Source: Eledone cirrhosa
Taxonomy: Eukaryota
Length of the DNA stretch: 64,000 nucleotides
Assembly: GCA_964016885.1 (NCBI GenBank)
Contig: OZ024741.1
Location: forward strand, 54,064,001-54,128,000
Direction: 5' to 3'
Below, one piece after another: positions 1-10,000 of this stretch. Below the pieces are notes generated by a model, which was given only the letters and a program-made list of their open reading frames with translations, was not told where the DNA came from and searched no databases. The number at the start of each line of letters is the position of its first letter. Position 1 is the stretch's first letter. The position numbers were made by a program, and so were the translations under genes.

Positions 1-965
1 CTTGCACATGTACCCTTAAGATGTGCTACTTGAGGGCACCAACTGTAGGTAGTAACATGTCACTCTCTGACATGTATTTACAGAACAGACACCATCGCAA
101 CTCTGGAATGCTTTTGATTTGGATTCCCTTTGGACTGTAGGCAGGACACACAAAACTTTCCAAGCTGGTCAGAAGTTCTTCAGTCACTTCAGTATCATCA
201 GACAGCTTTTTCAGAGCGTCAATGGTGTTATCGTCAGCTTCAAGGAAGATCTTGAACCATGTGGCTTTCCCTACTCTAGCAAACCTTCCTGTATTATCGG
301 CGCCAGAGAAGGCATGGAATGCAGGTAAAGCCTTCGCCTTTTCTGGACCTAGAACGTCCCAGAATGGCTGGATCTTTAGAACACTTGATGCCATGGAGAT
401 GGAGGTGTGCCTAGGTAACAAATCATAGTTGGCAATTACCAGAACCAGGATATCTGTGTCAGGTGAGAAAAAGTTAGTTGCATATCTCTTTGGTTTCGCC
501 TTGTTGAAGATACTGCAAGGCATATCAACAGTGTGTCAGCTTCCTCGTGGTTGTTTTCACTGAAAGGTTCCAAATCCTTGTTGCTCCTGGTTTGGCCAGA
601 TGCTGAAGTGATGACAAGGAATATTTGCTGTAGTACAGAGTCTTTTCTACCAAGTACTTGGTCAAATTAGCCTTCGTCTTTTCATGAGACAGGAATCTGC
701 TCATGGCTATGTGCTTGATGCTCGTCTCATCTCTGACTTGATACTGGACTGGATCCTTCCCCTGGCGTCTCTTCTGCCTGGTTGCATTCTTCAAAGAATC
801 GGTCTTATATGTGTCAAACACGAGAATTATTTCGTCAAAGTTCTGCGTGAGGTTCATCAGTCTTTCATAGAAACTTTGGCTTAGATCTCTCACTGTAACC
901 ATGGTAGCTGGTTTCTTAGTCAGCTTCTGAATAAGCAACATTCTATCTACCACCGCAACCCTCCT
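1..965 (-). other. XPG/FEN1-like (PIN-fold + H3TH) nuclease domain of the transposon protein, disrupted
   Basis: Motifs in order: VAVVD(R)MLL, IILVFDTY..SLK..TR..R, HEEADT (nt 549-532, in a frame not shown in the ORF track), SPDTDILVL, FHAFSGADNTGRF..GK, LLPT..ALK*H..R..Q. These match the acidic motifs of FEN1/XPG-family nucleases (vFDg, EADa, sxDxD, lxGxD). Confidence 0.75.
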
Positions 966-1393
966 GTTGTGATTGAGATTGTCCTTTTCAGTGGCTTCAT
1001 CTTGCAGTGAATCGCCTTGTGCTGTTTTCTCTGATGCTATCTACTCAAGGAGATGAATGAGTTTGGACTTGTCAGTGCATGGCAACACTGACACATTTGG
1101 GGAAAAGAGTGCTCTTGGCGTCAAGGTGAACTCGTAATTGCTTCTTTCTGGTTCACGTCTCGGTCGGACCTGGCAAGAATCATAAGTCTGCCATACAAAT
1201 CTTTGGTTTCCTTCATGTCAATGGTTTTGTCACGAACCTTTACAGTATGTCCCTTGTTGCCAGATGTGAACATCTCGTTGTTTTGTCTCTTCACTGGTGC
1301 CCAAAGGCTGACGTCCCCATTGATCCGTTCAGCAACATATTCCTCGTACAGCTTTTGTCCAGTGTCATCCATCTCCAAGATCTGCGTTACATA

Positions 1394-2975
1394 CTAATCT
1401 GGGATATATGCATGAGTTATCAAGTTGTAGAGTGTTTTCCCATCAGCAGCAAATGGATTACCGTGAGTCAATATAGCACTCTTGATTTTGCTTACTGCTC
1501 CATGATCTCGCTTGATTGCAACTGGAGATAGGTCATGATGCTCAAGGGCATGGCTTTCACCAACACCGAATTGGTGCTTAAACTCCTTTGCAAGGCAGGA
1601 CATTTCAGGAGCTGCCATGAAGAAGCGTTGCCTTGGATTATTGAAAATTCTATTGAGACCAGCTTGAACTTTCATGAATTTGTTAAGTTGTTCACAGGCA
1701 TGGTCACCTCCAATGGATACGAACGGAATGGCATTCTTGGTGATGGATATATTGCCCTCTTCAAGTTCCCCCCATCTGTCGGGGTGGTTGGTCTTCAATG
1801 CGTGCATATCTGCTATGTAGCGTGGCCAGAGTCTCTTATACTTTAACCTGTCCATTGAGAAGAACAGCTTGCTCAGTGCTTCTCCAGCTTCAAGATGAAG
1901 ATGAAGATCAGCATTCCTCGATGCCGCTAAAAAGTACAGAACTGTCTCTACCCGATGCATATAGTTCATCAATGATCTGAACATGGCATTCTTAGACTTC
2001 TCTGCTTCCCAGTCTTGCAGTTTCTTGACCACATCATAGTCTGCTAAGACTTGCTGCAGATGAGCATTTGCATGCTTCACAGACTCAGCCTTGGTGCCTT
2101 TGTTCTGAACCGCCTCTTCTACTGCAATCGTTGCTTCTAGACACAGATCTTTCAGATGAAGATTGTCCTCTAGAAACTGCTCCAATTCCAGTTTATAAAG
2201 TGACATGTGGGAGTAAATGTGTGCACGTAGCGAACGCTTGCAGTGTGTGCACTTGAGAATTTGTCTAGTTGTGGCAGAACTATACAGATCGGCTTCCATC
2301 CAGGCGTCGTCTATTCCGAGTTTTCAATTGAAGAGCCGAGAACTCTCAACGCAGCCATGACAACATGAAACTCACCAAGTCTTGGCAGCACTTTGCCCTT
2401 CAAATCCGGCCTAGCATCAACTAACTGTATTGCTTTCTCGTAGAGTGCCATGTCGAAGGAAATGACAGTGAGGTACTTGTCAGCAACTGCCAGCTCTTTT
2501 AATTTGTTTGCTTGCATCATAACGGTTAGTAATGTTGGCCACTCATGCGCGACTTCTGGGAGCAAAGGTAGAGCTCCAACCTCAGTTAAAGGTAGGCTTG
2601 TCGACAAAAGTGAGTTATAGCCTGCCCAGTCTGGAATTCGACTCGAGTCTCCATCGTTCATTCGGGAAACAGCGTAGGCAACGACCCATCCCAAATGTGT
2701 GAGCTGGTAGGTACTATCCACACCTTCTTTGTCAATGGCAAACTGAATCATCCTCTTCTCGGATGGTGTCTTCTGCTTTGGCTTCTCACAAGGAACTATA
2801 GCTGTATGATATGGTGTCACAGAGAGACTCTGTGCATCAGTGATATTTAGGGGTGATGCAATTGGTTCTCCAGGGGCATCAGCTTTCTGGTATTCGGCAG
2901 TGGTAGTGCCATGGGTGGTACCTTTACCATCTGGAGTCTTCAGTGAAATCCGCATTGTCTACTGCGAAGAAGACA
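1394..2975 (-). other. DDE-like transposase core of the element, disrupted
   Basis: FFAVDNADF..TPDGKGTTHGT, IPDWAGYNS, VISFDMALYEKA, RLGEFHVVM, KYKRLWPRYIADM, GGDHACEQLNK: spaced acidic residues in conserved-looking blocks. Confidence 0.6.
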
Positions 2976-4539
2976 AAAGTGCCTTTCTTGAGGAATGGTG
3001 GCACATACAGCCCTTGGAACTGTTTGGTGTTCTCCACTACATCATTGGCAACGGCTGTTTCCATCATTAACGTACGGCTGTATGAAACACAGTAATCTTG
3101 GGCGTTGACGAGATTAACGAGCATCTTATTTCTTGTCTTTTGATGGATGCTCAACGCCAATCCCACAATTTGGGGATTTTCTCTACCATGCTGCGACCGA
3201 AAGCCAGCAAGCTCAGTTTTGGGCTTGTATGTGACTTGTCTCTTAGACTTGAATCCAAACATCAGATTTTGACTCATTGTAAGGGCAGCTCTGCCCACAG
3301 CATGTGTTCGAACTTCAGTCTCCAGTTCTTTTGCAGGCCATGATCCAGCGAATGAGTGTATAGAGTTCCATTGGCACATCTTCTATTTTGTTGGAAACTG
3401 GGATTGAACTTTGTGGCGGTTGCCTTTTGGTAAAATGTTCAATGCTGTAGCGAACAAGCTGAGCTGACCTATACAGATTCTTCATGTTGTCCGTGTCATC
3501 AGAAGTGATGGCAGAGTGAACCATTTTAACCTCACAGGCTTCAGGGTAATACAACACAGCTGACTTTCACTTATTGCTTTGCAGAACAGACCTTACACCT
3601 GGTAATTCTGTTAATATTTTGTCTTTCAGCCATTGTCTGGTATAGACAGGTCTGTGATTTGGCAAAGCCTCTGCTCCACCTAGCATGTTCAAATAGGTAT
3701 TCTCGATGTCTGCAATGGAAAGATATGCGCCATCTGTAATTTGCACGTCGATAATGTTCACTATTTCAATGAAACTAGCTGTTTGCTATTGACACTCGCT
3801 CTCTTTGTTTGCTTTGTTTGCGATAGCTTTATCTCTCAGAACATGGAACACATTTCTTGTCCAACACTGTTTATGATATTTGATATCAACAGCGTGGGCA
3901 TCTCCTTCGGAGATGCAAGATGCCATTCTTGTTTTTAGTTCTGGATTAGGAGAGATTTCCACAGCTTTTTTTAGAGCTTGGCCCGCATTGACAGTGCTTA
4001 CTGCAAACAACTGTTGGTCACCAAATGTTTGACAAAAAAAGCACAAATCATTTTCCAGTGGGTTTGTTGCTGACCGTGTAAACGGCCCTAACATTGCGGC
4101 AGAGGTTGATGGCTCACTCCTGTCAACGCTTGAAGGACGTCCTCGCTTTCTGCGGATATGTGATCCAGTAGACAAAGACCGTTGGTGACGGTCTCTTGCA
4201 CGTTGCATTTTGACTTTACTGGTGGCGTTGAAGTAGCACGTGCGATGCCAAAAAGCCTTATTTCTCTGCAAAGTTTCTGTTGTGCAGTCTTCTAGCCTCT
4301 TCAGAATTTTGACAAATTTGCCATCATGCAGTAATGCTCGCTCCTTCACTGCAGCTAACAAACTATGGTGTGAATATAATTTTGGTTGTAACACAAACTG
4401 GCCTGCATCTTGTAGGCACACCGTTTTCAGTCATTTGTCTCTTGTTGCTGTCTACCAAGTCGTGGTAACGTTGCTGTGGCCACGTTGTTCATTGGTCTGA
4501 AAAATTATAAACACTAATGAAGTAATTACATGGCATTTG

Positions 4540-4580
4540 ATTATTATTATTATTTTTATCATTATTATTATTGTTATTAT
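4540..4580 (+). repeat. Imperfect (ATT)n microsatellite
   Basis: attattattattatttttatcattattattattgttattat. Confidence 0.85.
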
Positions 4581-4829
4581 GTTAAATTAGCTACTAAAAT
4601 TAGAAGCCCAGTTGGTTAGAATTTGAGATACTGTTGAAAAAGGTTATCCGTAGTCACCATATTGAAATTCCAAGGTGGCCACCACAGACACCTTGAAAAA
4701 AAGGCAACATCGGTTTTTGGATTCAGTATGTCCTAAAGTTTTCGAAAATGAATAGTTTTGCTAATCTCCAAGAAATCTGAACGAAAGTAGCAATCGTTAC
4801 ATTTTGAACTAAACTATTAGTTTATATTG

Positions 4830-4862
4830 TTATTACAATTATTATTATCAATATTATTATTA
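4830..4862 (+). repeat. Imperfect (ATT)n microsatellite
   Basis: ttattacaattattattatcaatattattatta. Confidence 0.75.
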
Positions 4863-4932
4863 GCCTTAAGAGGTCGATAAAATAAAGTACCAGTCACGGA
4901 CTGGGGTCGATTTAATCGACTTTCCCCTTCCC
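4862..4932 (+). mobile_element. SINE fragment (Deu/Nin-domain core only), copy 0
   Basis: GGTCGATAAAATAAAGTACCAGTCACGGACTGGGGTCGATTTAATCGACTTTCCCC matches the core of the full copy at 5057-5282. Confidence 0.75.
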
Positions 4933-5010
4933 TTCATATTGTCGTCTGTGGGCATTGATACATCAATCAGAAGACATTTTTTTGTAGCTTTTTTATCCAT
5001 CAGCTGACTT
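4933..5010 (-). mobile_element. Tiny fragment of a restriction-like-endonuclease (RLE) non-LTR retrotransposon (R4/Dong- or NeSL-like)
   Basis: Minus-strand translation MDKKATKKCLLIDVSMPTDDN resembles the RLE motif PD(I/L)xxxDKxxkxcxlIDVsxPxDxN. It is only ~25 codons. Confidence 0.5.
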
Positions 5011-5020
5011 TGATCTCCCT

Positions 5021-5052
5021 TATTATTATCATTATTATTATTACTATTATTA
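5021..5052 (+). repeat. Imperfect (TTA)n microsatellite
   Basis: tattattatcattattattattactattatta. Confidence 0.85.
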
Positions 5053-5056
5053 GTAA

Positions 5057-5282
5057 GGCAGTGGATTGGCAGTATCGGTAGAGAGTCGGACGCCATGCTT
5101 TGCAGCATAGAGTTACGGCCCTTTATGATCTGAGTTCAAATCTCGTCGAGGTTAACTTAGCCTTTCATCCTAAACGGGGTCGATAAAATAAAGTACCAGT
5201 AACGTCCTCGGTCGATTTAATAGACTTTCCCCTCCCCCAAATTACTGGCCTTGTGCCTATATAAGAAACCATTATTATTATT
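5057..5282 (+). mobile_element. tRNA-derived SINE with Deu/Nin-like central domain and (ATT)n tail, near full length, copy 1
   Basis: Pol III box A-like TGGCAGTATCGG, box B-like GAGTTCAAATC, central GCCTTTCATCCT..CGGGGTCGATAAAATAAAGTACCAG (recalled Deu/Nin-domain core), 3' TGGCCTTGTGCC...GAAACC followed by ATTATTATT. Confidence 0.8.
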
Positions 5283-5430
5283 CATGCATAGTTACGTCCC
5301 TTTACGGACTAAGTTCAAATCCCGCCGAGGTTAACTTCGCCTTTCATCCTTACGGCGTCGATAAAATAAAGTACCAGCAATGCACTGGTAAATTGCTGGC
5401 CTTGTGCCAAAAGTAGAAACAATTATTATT
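5283..5430 (+). mobile_element. Same SINE, 5'-truncated and internally deleted, copy 2
   Basis: GTTCAAATCCCGCCGAGGTTAACTTCGCCTTTCATCC...GTACCAG...GCTGGCCTTGTGCCAAAAGTAGAAACAATTATTATT. Confidence 0.8.
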
Positions 5431-5622
5431 CAGGGATTAGCAGTATTGGTAGAGGGTCTGACGCTATGCTTTGCAGCAAAGAGTTACGCCTCTTTATGGT
5501 TTGACTTCAAATCCCGCCGAGGTTAACTTTGCCTTTCATCCTTACGGGGTCGATAAAATAAAGTACCAGTAATGTATTGAGTAATTGCTGGCCTTGTGCC
5601 AAAAGTAGAAACAATTATTATT
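5431..5622 (+). mobile_element. Same SINE, internally deleted, copy 3
   Basis: Head GGATTAGCAGTATTGGTAGAGG; same core and same 3' end as copies 2 and 4. Confidence 0.8.
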
Positions 5623-5810
5623 TAGTGGATTGGCAGTATCGGTAGAGGGTCGGACGCCAAGCATAGAGTTACGGTTACGGCCTTTGCCATTCTGAGTTCA
5701 AATCCCGCCGAGGTTAACTTTGCCTTTCATCCTTACGGGGTCGATAAAATAAAGTACCAGTAATGCACTGGGTAGTTGCTGGCCTTGTGCCAAAAGTAGA
5801 AACAATTATA
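5623..5810 (+). mobile_element. Same SINE, internally deleted, copy 4
   Basis: Head GTGGATTGGCAGTATCGGTAGAGG, box B GAGTTCAAATCCC, same core and 3' end. Confidence 0.8.
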
Positions 5811-5992
5811 TATTCATTAATGTGAACCCATCGTTTTCTTGCTTCCACCATTTTACTCCATGTAAAATTTAACCCCACCTACCCACAATTCAACAGTAAC
5901 TTTTCTATTTTGTCCCCGTGCTATTGCCGACGTCCTCGGCTCCTTTGGTCAGTAAAACAAATAATTATATAAGCTACACCATTGATGTTCAC

Positions 5993-6040
5993 GCTGTTGT
6001 TGTTGTTGTTGATGTGGTGGTGTTAGTGACGATGGTTGTT
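5993..6040 (+). repeat. Short degenerate (GTT)n microsatellite upstream of the large array
   Basis: gctgttgttgttgttgttgatgtggtggtgttagtgacgatggttgtt. Confidence 0.7.
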
Positions 6041-7049
6041 TGATGTATCTTTTAGTTTTATTAATTAACTAAGTACTTAATCAAATTAGTTAATGATATT
6101 TATTCCTGTTTAATGTTGTTTACTGTTTTGTAGATTTTTGTTTGTTTTCTTTTCGATTAGATTAGTAGTTTTTTTTTTGTATTTTTCTAAATTGTTTGGG
6201 TTTATTTACATCAATTGTTGGTGTTGACGTTTTTGTTGTTGTTACTGTTGTAGTTACTGTTGTTGTTACTGTTGTTGTTACTGTTGTTGTTACTGTTGTT
6301 GTTACTGTTGTTGTTACTGTTGTTGTTACTGTTGTTGTTACTGTTGTTGTTACTGTTGTTGTTACTGTTGTTACTGTTGTTGTTGCTGTTGTTGTTACTG
6401 TTGTTGTTGCTGTTGTTGTTACTGTTGTTGTTACTGTTGTTTTTTCTGTTGTTGTTACTGTTGTTGTTGCTGTTGTTGTTACTGTTGTTGTTACTGTTGT
6501 TTTTTCTGTTGTTGTTACTGTTGTTGTTACTGTTGTTGTTACTGTTGTTGTTACTGTTGTTGTTACTGTTGTTGTTACTGTTGTTGTTACTGTTGTTGTT
6601 ACTGTTGTTACTGTTGTTGATGCTGTTGTTGTTACTGTTGTTGTTGCTGTTGTTGTTACTGTTGTTGTTACTGTTGTTGTTACTGTTGTAGTTACTGTTG
6701 TTGTTACTGTTGTTGTTACTGTTGTTACTGTTGTTGTTGCTGTTGTTGTTACTGTTGTTGTTGCTGTTGTTGTTATTGTTGTTGTTACTGTTGTTGTTAC
6801 TGTTGTTTTTTCTGTTGTTGTTACTGTTGTTGTTACTGTTGTTGTTACTGTTGTTGTTACTGTTGTTTTTTCTGTTGTTGTTACTGTTGTCATTACTGTT
6901 GTTGTTACTGTTGTTGTTACTGTTGTTTTTTCTGTTGTTGTTACTGTTGTTGTTACTGTTGTTGTTACTGTTGTTGTTACTGTTGTTGTTACTGTTGTTG
7001 TTACTGTTGTTGTTACTGTTGTTGTTACTGTTGTTGTTACTGTTGTTAC

Positions 7050-10000
7050 TGTTGTTGTTGCTGTTGTTGTTACTGTTGTTGTTGCTGTTGTTGTTACTGT
7101 TGTTGTTACTGTTGTTTTTTCTGTTGTTGTTACTGTTGTTGTTGCTGTTGTCGTTGCTGTTGTTGTTACTGTTGTTGTTACTGTTGTTGTTGCTGTTGCT
7201 GTTGTCGTTGCTGTTGTTGTTTCTGTTGTTGTTACTGTTGATGTTGCTGTTTCTGTTGTCGTTGCTGCTGTTGTTGTTACTGTTGTTGTTACTGTTGTTG
7301 TTGCTGTTGCTGTTGTCGTTGCTGTTGTTGTTACTGTTGTTGTTGTTATTGTTGTTGTTACTGTTGTTGTTACTGTTGTTGTTACTGTTGTTACTGTTGT
7401 TGTTACTGTTGTTGTTACTGTTGTTGTTACAGTTGTTGTTACTGTTGTTGTTACTGTTGTTGTTGCTGTTGTTGTTACTGTTGTTGTTACTGTTGTTGTT
7501 ACTGTTGTTGTTTCTGTTTTTGTTACTGTTGTTGTTGCTGTTGCTGTTGTCGTTGCTGTTGTTGTTTCTGTTGTTGTTACTGTTGTTGTTGCTGTTGCTG
7601 TTGTCGTTGCTGTTGTTGTTACTGTTGTTGTTACTGTTGTTGTTACTGTTGTTGTTGTTTCTGTTGTTGTTACTGTTGTTGTTGCTGTTGCTGTTGTCGT
7701 TGCTGTTGTTGATTCTGTTGTTGTTACTGTTGTTGTTGCTGTTGTCGTTGCTGTTGTTGATTCTGTTGTTGTTACTGTTGTTGTTGCTGTTGCTGTTGTC
7801 GTTGCTGTTGTTGTTACTGTTGTTGTTACTGTTGTTACTGTTGTTGTTGCTGTTGTTGTTACTGTTGTTGTTGTTATTGTTGTTGTTACTGTTGTTGTTA
7901 CTGTTGTTGTTACTGTTGTTACTGTTGTAGTTACTGTTGTTGTTACTGTTGTTGTTACTGTTGTTGTTTCTGTTGTTGTTACTGTTGTTGTTACTGTTGT
8001 TGTTACTGTTGTTACTGTTGTTGTTGCTGTTGTTGTTACTGTTGTTGTTGCAGGTTGTTGTTACTGTTGTTGTTACTGTTGTTGTTACTGTTGTTGTTAC
8101 TGTTGATGTTACTGTTGTTGTTACTGTTGTTGTTACTGTTATTGTTACTGTTGTTGTTACTGTTGTTGTTACTGTTGTTGTTACTGTTGTTGTTGCCGTT
8201 GTTGTTACTGTTGTTGTTACTGTTGTTGTTACTGTTGTTGTTGTTGTTACTATTGTTGTTACTGTTGTTGTTGTTGTTGTTGTTACTGTTGATGTTACTG
8301 TTGTTGTTACTGTTGTTGTTACTGTTGTTGTTACTGTTGTTGTTACTGTTGTTGTTACTGTTGATATTACTGTTGTTACTGTTGTTGTTACTGTTGTTGT
8401 TACTGTTGTTGTTACTGTTGTTGTTGCTGTTGTTGTTACTATTGTTGTTACTGTTGTTGTTACTGTTGTTGTTACTGTTGTTGTTACTGTTGTTGTTACT
8501 GTTGATGTTACTGTTGTTGTTACTGTTGTTGTTACTGTTGTTGTTACTGTTGATATTACTGTTGTTACTGTTGCTATTACTGTTGTTGTTACTGTTGTTG
8601 TTAATATTGATGTTACTGTTGTTACTGGTGTTGTTACTGTTGTTGTTACTGTTGATGTTACTGTTGTTGTTACTGTTGATGTTACTGTTGTTGTTACTGT
8701 TGTTGTTACTGTTGTTGTTACTGTTGATGTTACTGTTGTTGTTGCTGTTGTTGTTACTGTTGTTGTTACTGTTGTTGTTACTGTTGTTGTTACTGTTGAT
8801 GTTACTGTTGTTGTTACTGTTGTTGTTACTGTTGCTGCTACTGTTGTTGTTACTGTTGTTGTTACTGTTGATGTTACTGTTGTTGTTACTGTTGATATTA
8901 CTGTTGTTAGTGTTGTTGTTACTGTTGTTGTTACTGTTGTTGTTACTGTTGTTGTTACTGTTGTTGTTACTGTTTTTGTTACTGTTGTTGTTGCTGTTGT
9001 TGTTACTGTTGATGTTACTGTTGTTGTTACTGTTGTTACTGTTGTTGTTACTGTTGTTGTTGCTGTTGTTGTTACTGTTGTTGTTACTGTTGTTGTTACT
9101 GTTGTTGTTACTGTTGTTACTGTTGTTGTTACTGTTGTTGTTACTGTTGTTGTTACTGTTGTTGTTACTGTTGTTGTTACTGTTGTTGTTACTGTTGTTA
9201 CTGTTGTTGTTACTGTTGTTGTTACTGTTGTCGTTACTGTTGTTGTTACTGTTGTTGTTACTGTTGTTGTTGCTGTTGTTGTTGCTGTTGTTGTTACTGT
9301 TGTTGTTACTGTTGTTGTTACTGTTGTTGTTACTGTTGATGTTACTGTTGTTGTTACTGTTGTTACTGTTGTTGTTACTGTTGTTGTTGCTGTTGTTGTT
9401 ACTGTTGTTGTTACTGTTGTTGTTACTGTTGATGTGACAGTTGTTGTTACTGTTGTTACTGTTGTTGTTACTGTTGTTACTGTTGTTGTTACTGTTGTTG
9501 TTGCTGTTGTTGTTACTGTTGTTGTTACTGTTGTTGTTACTTTTGTTACTGTTGTTGTTGCTGTTGTTGTTACTGTTGTTGTTGTTACTGTTGATGTTAC
9601 TGTTGTTGTTACTGTTGTTGTTACTGTTGTTGTTACTGTTGATGTTACTGTTGTTGTTACTGTTGTTGTTACTGTTGTTACTGTTGTTGCAACTGTTGTT
9701 GTTACTGTTGTTACTGTTGTTGTTACTGTTGTTGTTGCTGTTGATGTTACTGTTGTTATTGTTGTTGTTACTGTTGTTGTTGCTGTTGTTGTTACTGTTG
9801 TTGTTACTGTTGTTGTTACTATTGTTGTTACTGTTGTTGTTGCTGTTGTTGTTACTGTTGATGTTACTGTTGTTGTTACTGTTGTTGTTACTGTTGTTGT
9901 TGCTGTTGCTGTTGCTGTTGTCGTTGCTGTTGTTGTTACTGTTGTTGTTACTGTTGTTGTTACTGTTGTTGTTACTGTTGATGTTACTGTTGTTATTGTT

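Larger units (their letters stand above)
1..4492 (-). pseudogene. Disrupted Academ-like transposase/XPG-nuclease ORF (~1,500 codons inside the window)
   Basis: Fragments 3786-4421, 3567-3761, 3315-3557, 2924-3379, 2311-2955, 1394-2299, 1121-1378, 525-953 and 26-523 are all on the minus strand and in order. Visible lesions: in-frame TAG at 1394-1396 (HAYIPD*YVTQIL), TAG at 26-28 (GALK*HILRVHVQ), frameshift near 2940 (VDNADFTED/TPDGKGTTHGT), frameshift near 2315 (IENS/GIDDAWMEADLY), TGA near 4428 (ETND*KRC). Likely ATG at 4492. Confidence 0.85.
1..4816 (-). mobile_element. Degenerate Academ-superfamily (AcademX-type) DNA transposon; left part lies outside the window; putative 5' terminus near 4816
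   Basis: Collinear minus-strand ORF fragments join into one long protein with transposase-like and XPG-like motifs. Upstream is a ~320-bp non-coding segment that, read on the minus strand, begins TAGTTTAGTTCAAAATG at 4816, next to AT-rich flank. Family call rests on recalled domain architecture; the terminus is inferred because the partner TIR is not in the window. Confidence 0.7.

Noticed and set aside
26-953. Host DNA-repair gene (FEN1/XPG/EXO1/Asteroid)
   Set aside because: The nuclease motifs lie at the C-terminal end of a long, apparently intronless, multiply disrupted ORF with transposase-like motifs, which fits an Academ element better.
119-4500. Short plus-strand ORFs (119-328, 222-428, 684-884, 1203-1397, 1535-1846, 2840-3070, 4240-4500 and others)
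   Set aside because: Antisense shadows of the minus-strand transposase pseudogene, with no recognisable motifs.
4866-5108. 80-aa minus-strand ORF as a gene
   Set aside because: Chimera of antisense SINE, (AAT)n microsatellite (poly-Asn) and a LINE fragment.
5057-5150. Functional tRNA gene
   Set aside because: Box A/B-like motifs are present, but I could not fold a convincing cloverleaf and the sequence continues into a SINE body and tail.
4862-5810. Recurring GGTCGATAAAATAAAGTACCAG as a CRISPR array
   Set aside because: The intervening sequences are homologous to one another rather than unique spacers, the period is ~150-300 bp, there are no cas genes, and the context is eukaryotic with SINE hallmarks.
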